64,000 bases of DNA from Eledone cirrhosa. Taxonomy: Eukaryota. The stretch lies in NCBI GenBank assembly GCA_964016885.1, contig OZ024740.1:416764001-416828000 (forward strand). Direction: 5' to 3'. Below the pieces are notes generated by a model that saw only the letters and a program-made list of their open reading frames with translations, was not told the origin of the DNA and searched no databases. Positions 63,328 to 64,000 of the stretch are shown one piece after another; position 1 is the stretch's first letter; every line of letters begins with the position of its first letter. The position numbers and the translations under genes are program-made.

Positions 63328-64000
63328 CTATGTTGGGTCAAATATTCTATTGGCGAAGGAATTAGCCCTTCGATGTTGACAGCTAATAGTTACCTCCGTT
63401 CTATTGTTAATCGGTAGAGGTCGTGATAGAGTTATGTAATATGCTTCGGTAATACAGAGATCACAAGATTTTCTTCCATTGAACGGTTGGGCCCTAGCCA
63501 CTATATCCCATTTTAGTGAGTGTTCAATGTTGCTTAATTTAAGGTTTTTAATGAGCCTAGCTAGAGATGTCGAACATCTGTTGCTAGGGTCTCGGAAGGA
63601 AAAAGAGTGCGCGTTATAGCGTACCTTAAAAGGGTTAGAGGTAGACCCGATATAAGAGCTGGTATTCGAAGCAGTTTTAACCGTGCACCTATAGACTATG
63701 TTGGGTGTCAGGCAGTGTCCATTTAATGGGCATGCATTGGGGTAACGGCAGTTGCAGTTGCTTCTGCGGTTAGTGAGAGTAGGGTAGTTTAACCTAAGCG
63801 GTAGGTCAGTGCTAGAAGGATTAGATGGGGGAGGTGTGCTACTAGAGTAATTATTGGTGTAGTAGCGTGGTGGTACCGCGGTGTGGAGTTATACTGTCTT
63901 AGTTTATGATGGTTACTGAATGCAATGTGGCTAGCTAGGTTAGGTGTTGTGGAGAATGAGATTTTAATGTTATTTTTGTTAAAGAGTTTGTAATATCTAT
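63328..64000 (-). mobile_element. Third Penelope-like element, GIY-YIG endonuclease end (continues beyond the window)
   Basis: Minus strand: CNCRYPNACPLNGHCLTPNIVYRCTVKT...SYIGSTSNPFKVRYNAH...CDLCITE...CQHR. Confidence 0.9.

Overview
AT-rich, repeat-dense animal DNA. The SINE, RTE, Penelope and Helitron content resembles octopus/cephalopod genomes (inference). The ORF track misses the main feature. Reading the minus strand for GT-AG exons gives 13 small exons between 48090 and 12889. They splice in consistent phases into one open 1032-nt frame (343 aa plus stop) encoding the C-terminal part of an integrin beta-like protein. The gene is atypical in three ways. (1) A five-exon module encoding I-EGF2/3/4-type domains is tandemly duplicated, giving at least six I-EGF domains instead of four. 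(2) The C1-C5 disulfide partners are lost together in the EGF2- and EGF4-type domains. (3) The complete beta-tail domain ends in ...RRKECEI-stop, with no transmembrane or cytoplasmic segment, which suggests a soluble integrin-beta-like protein. The 5' exons lie beyond the window. Positions 1-12485 are a 59-bp satellite with a 7377-bp higher-order duplication. The introns are filled with RTE and Tx1/L1 LINEs, Penelope elements (one carries a hammerhead ribozyme with a U3-A8 core variant), Helitrons, MITEs, tRNA-derived SINEs and minisatellites. Two of the tandem repeats amplify the gene's own splice sites.
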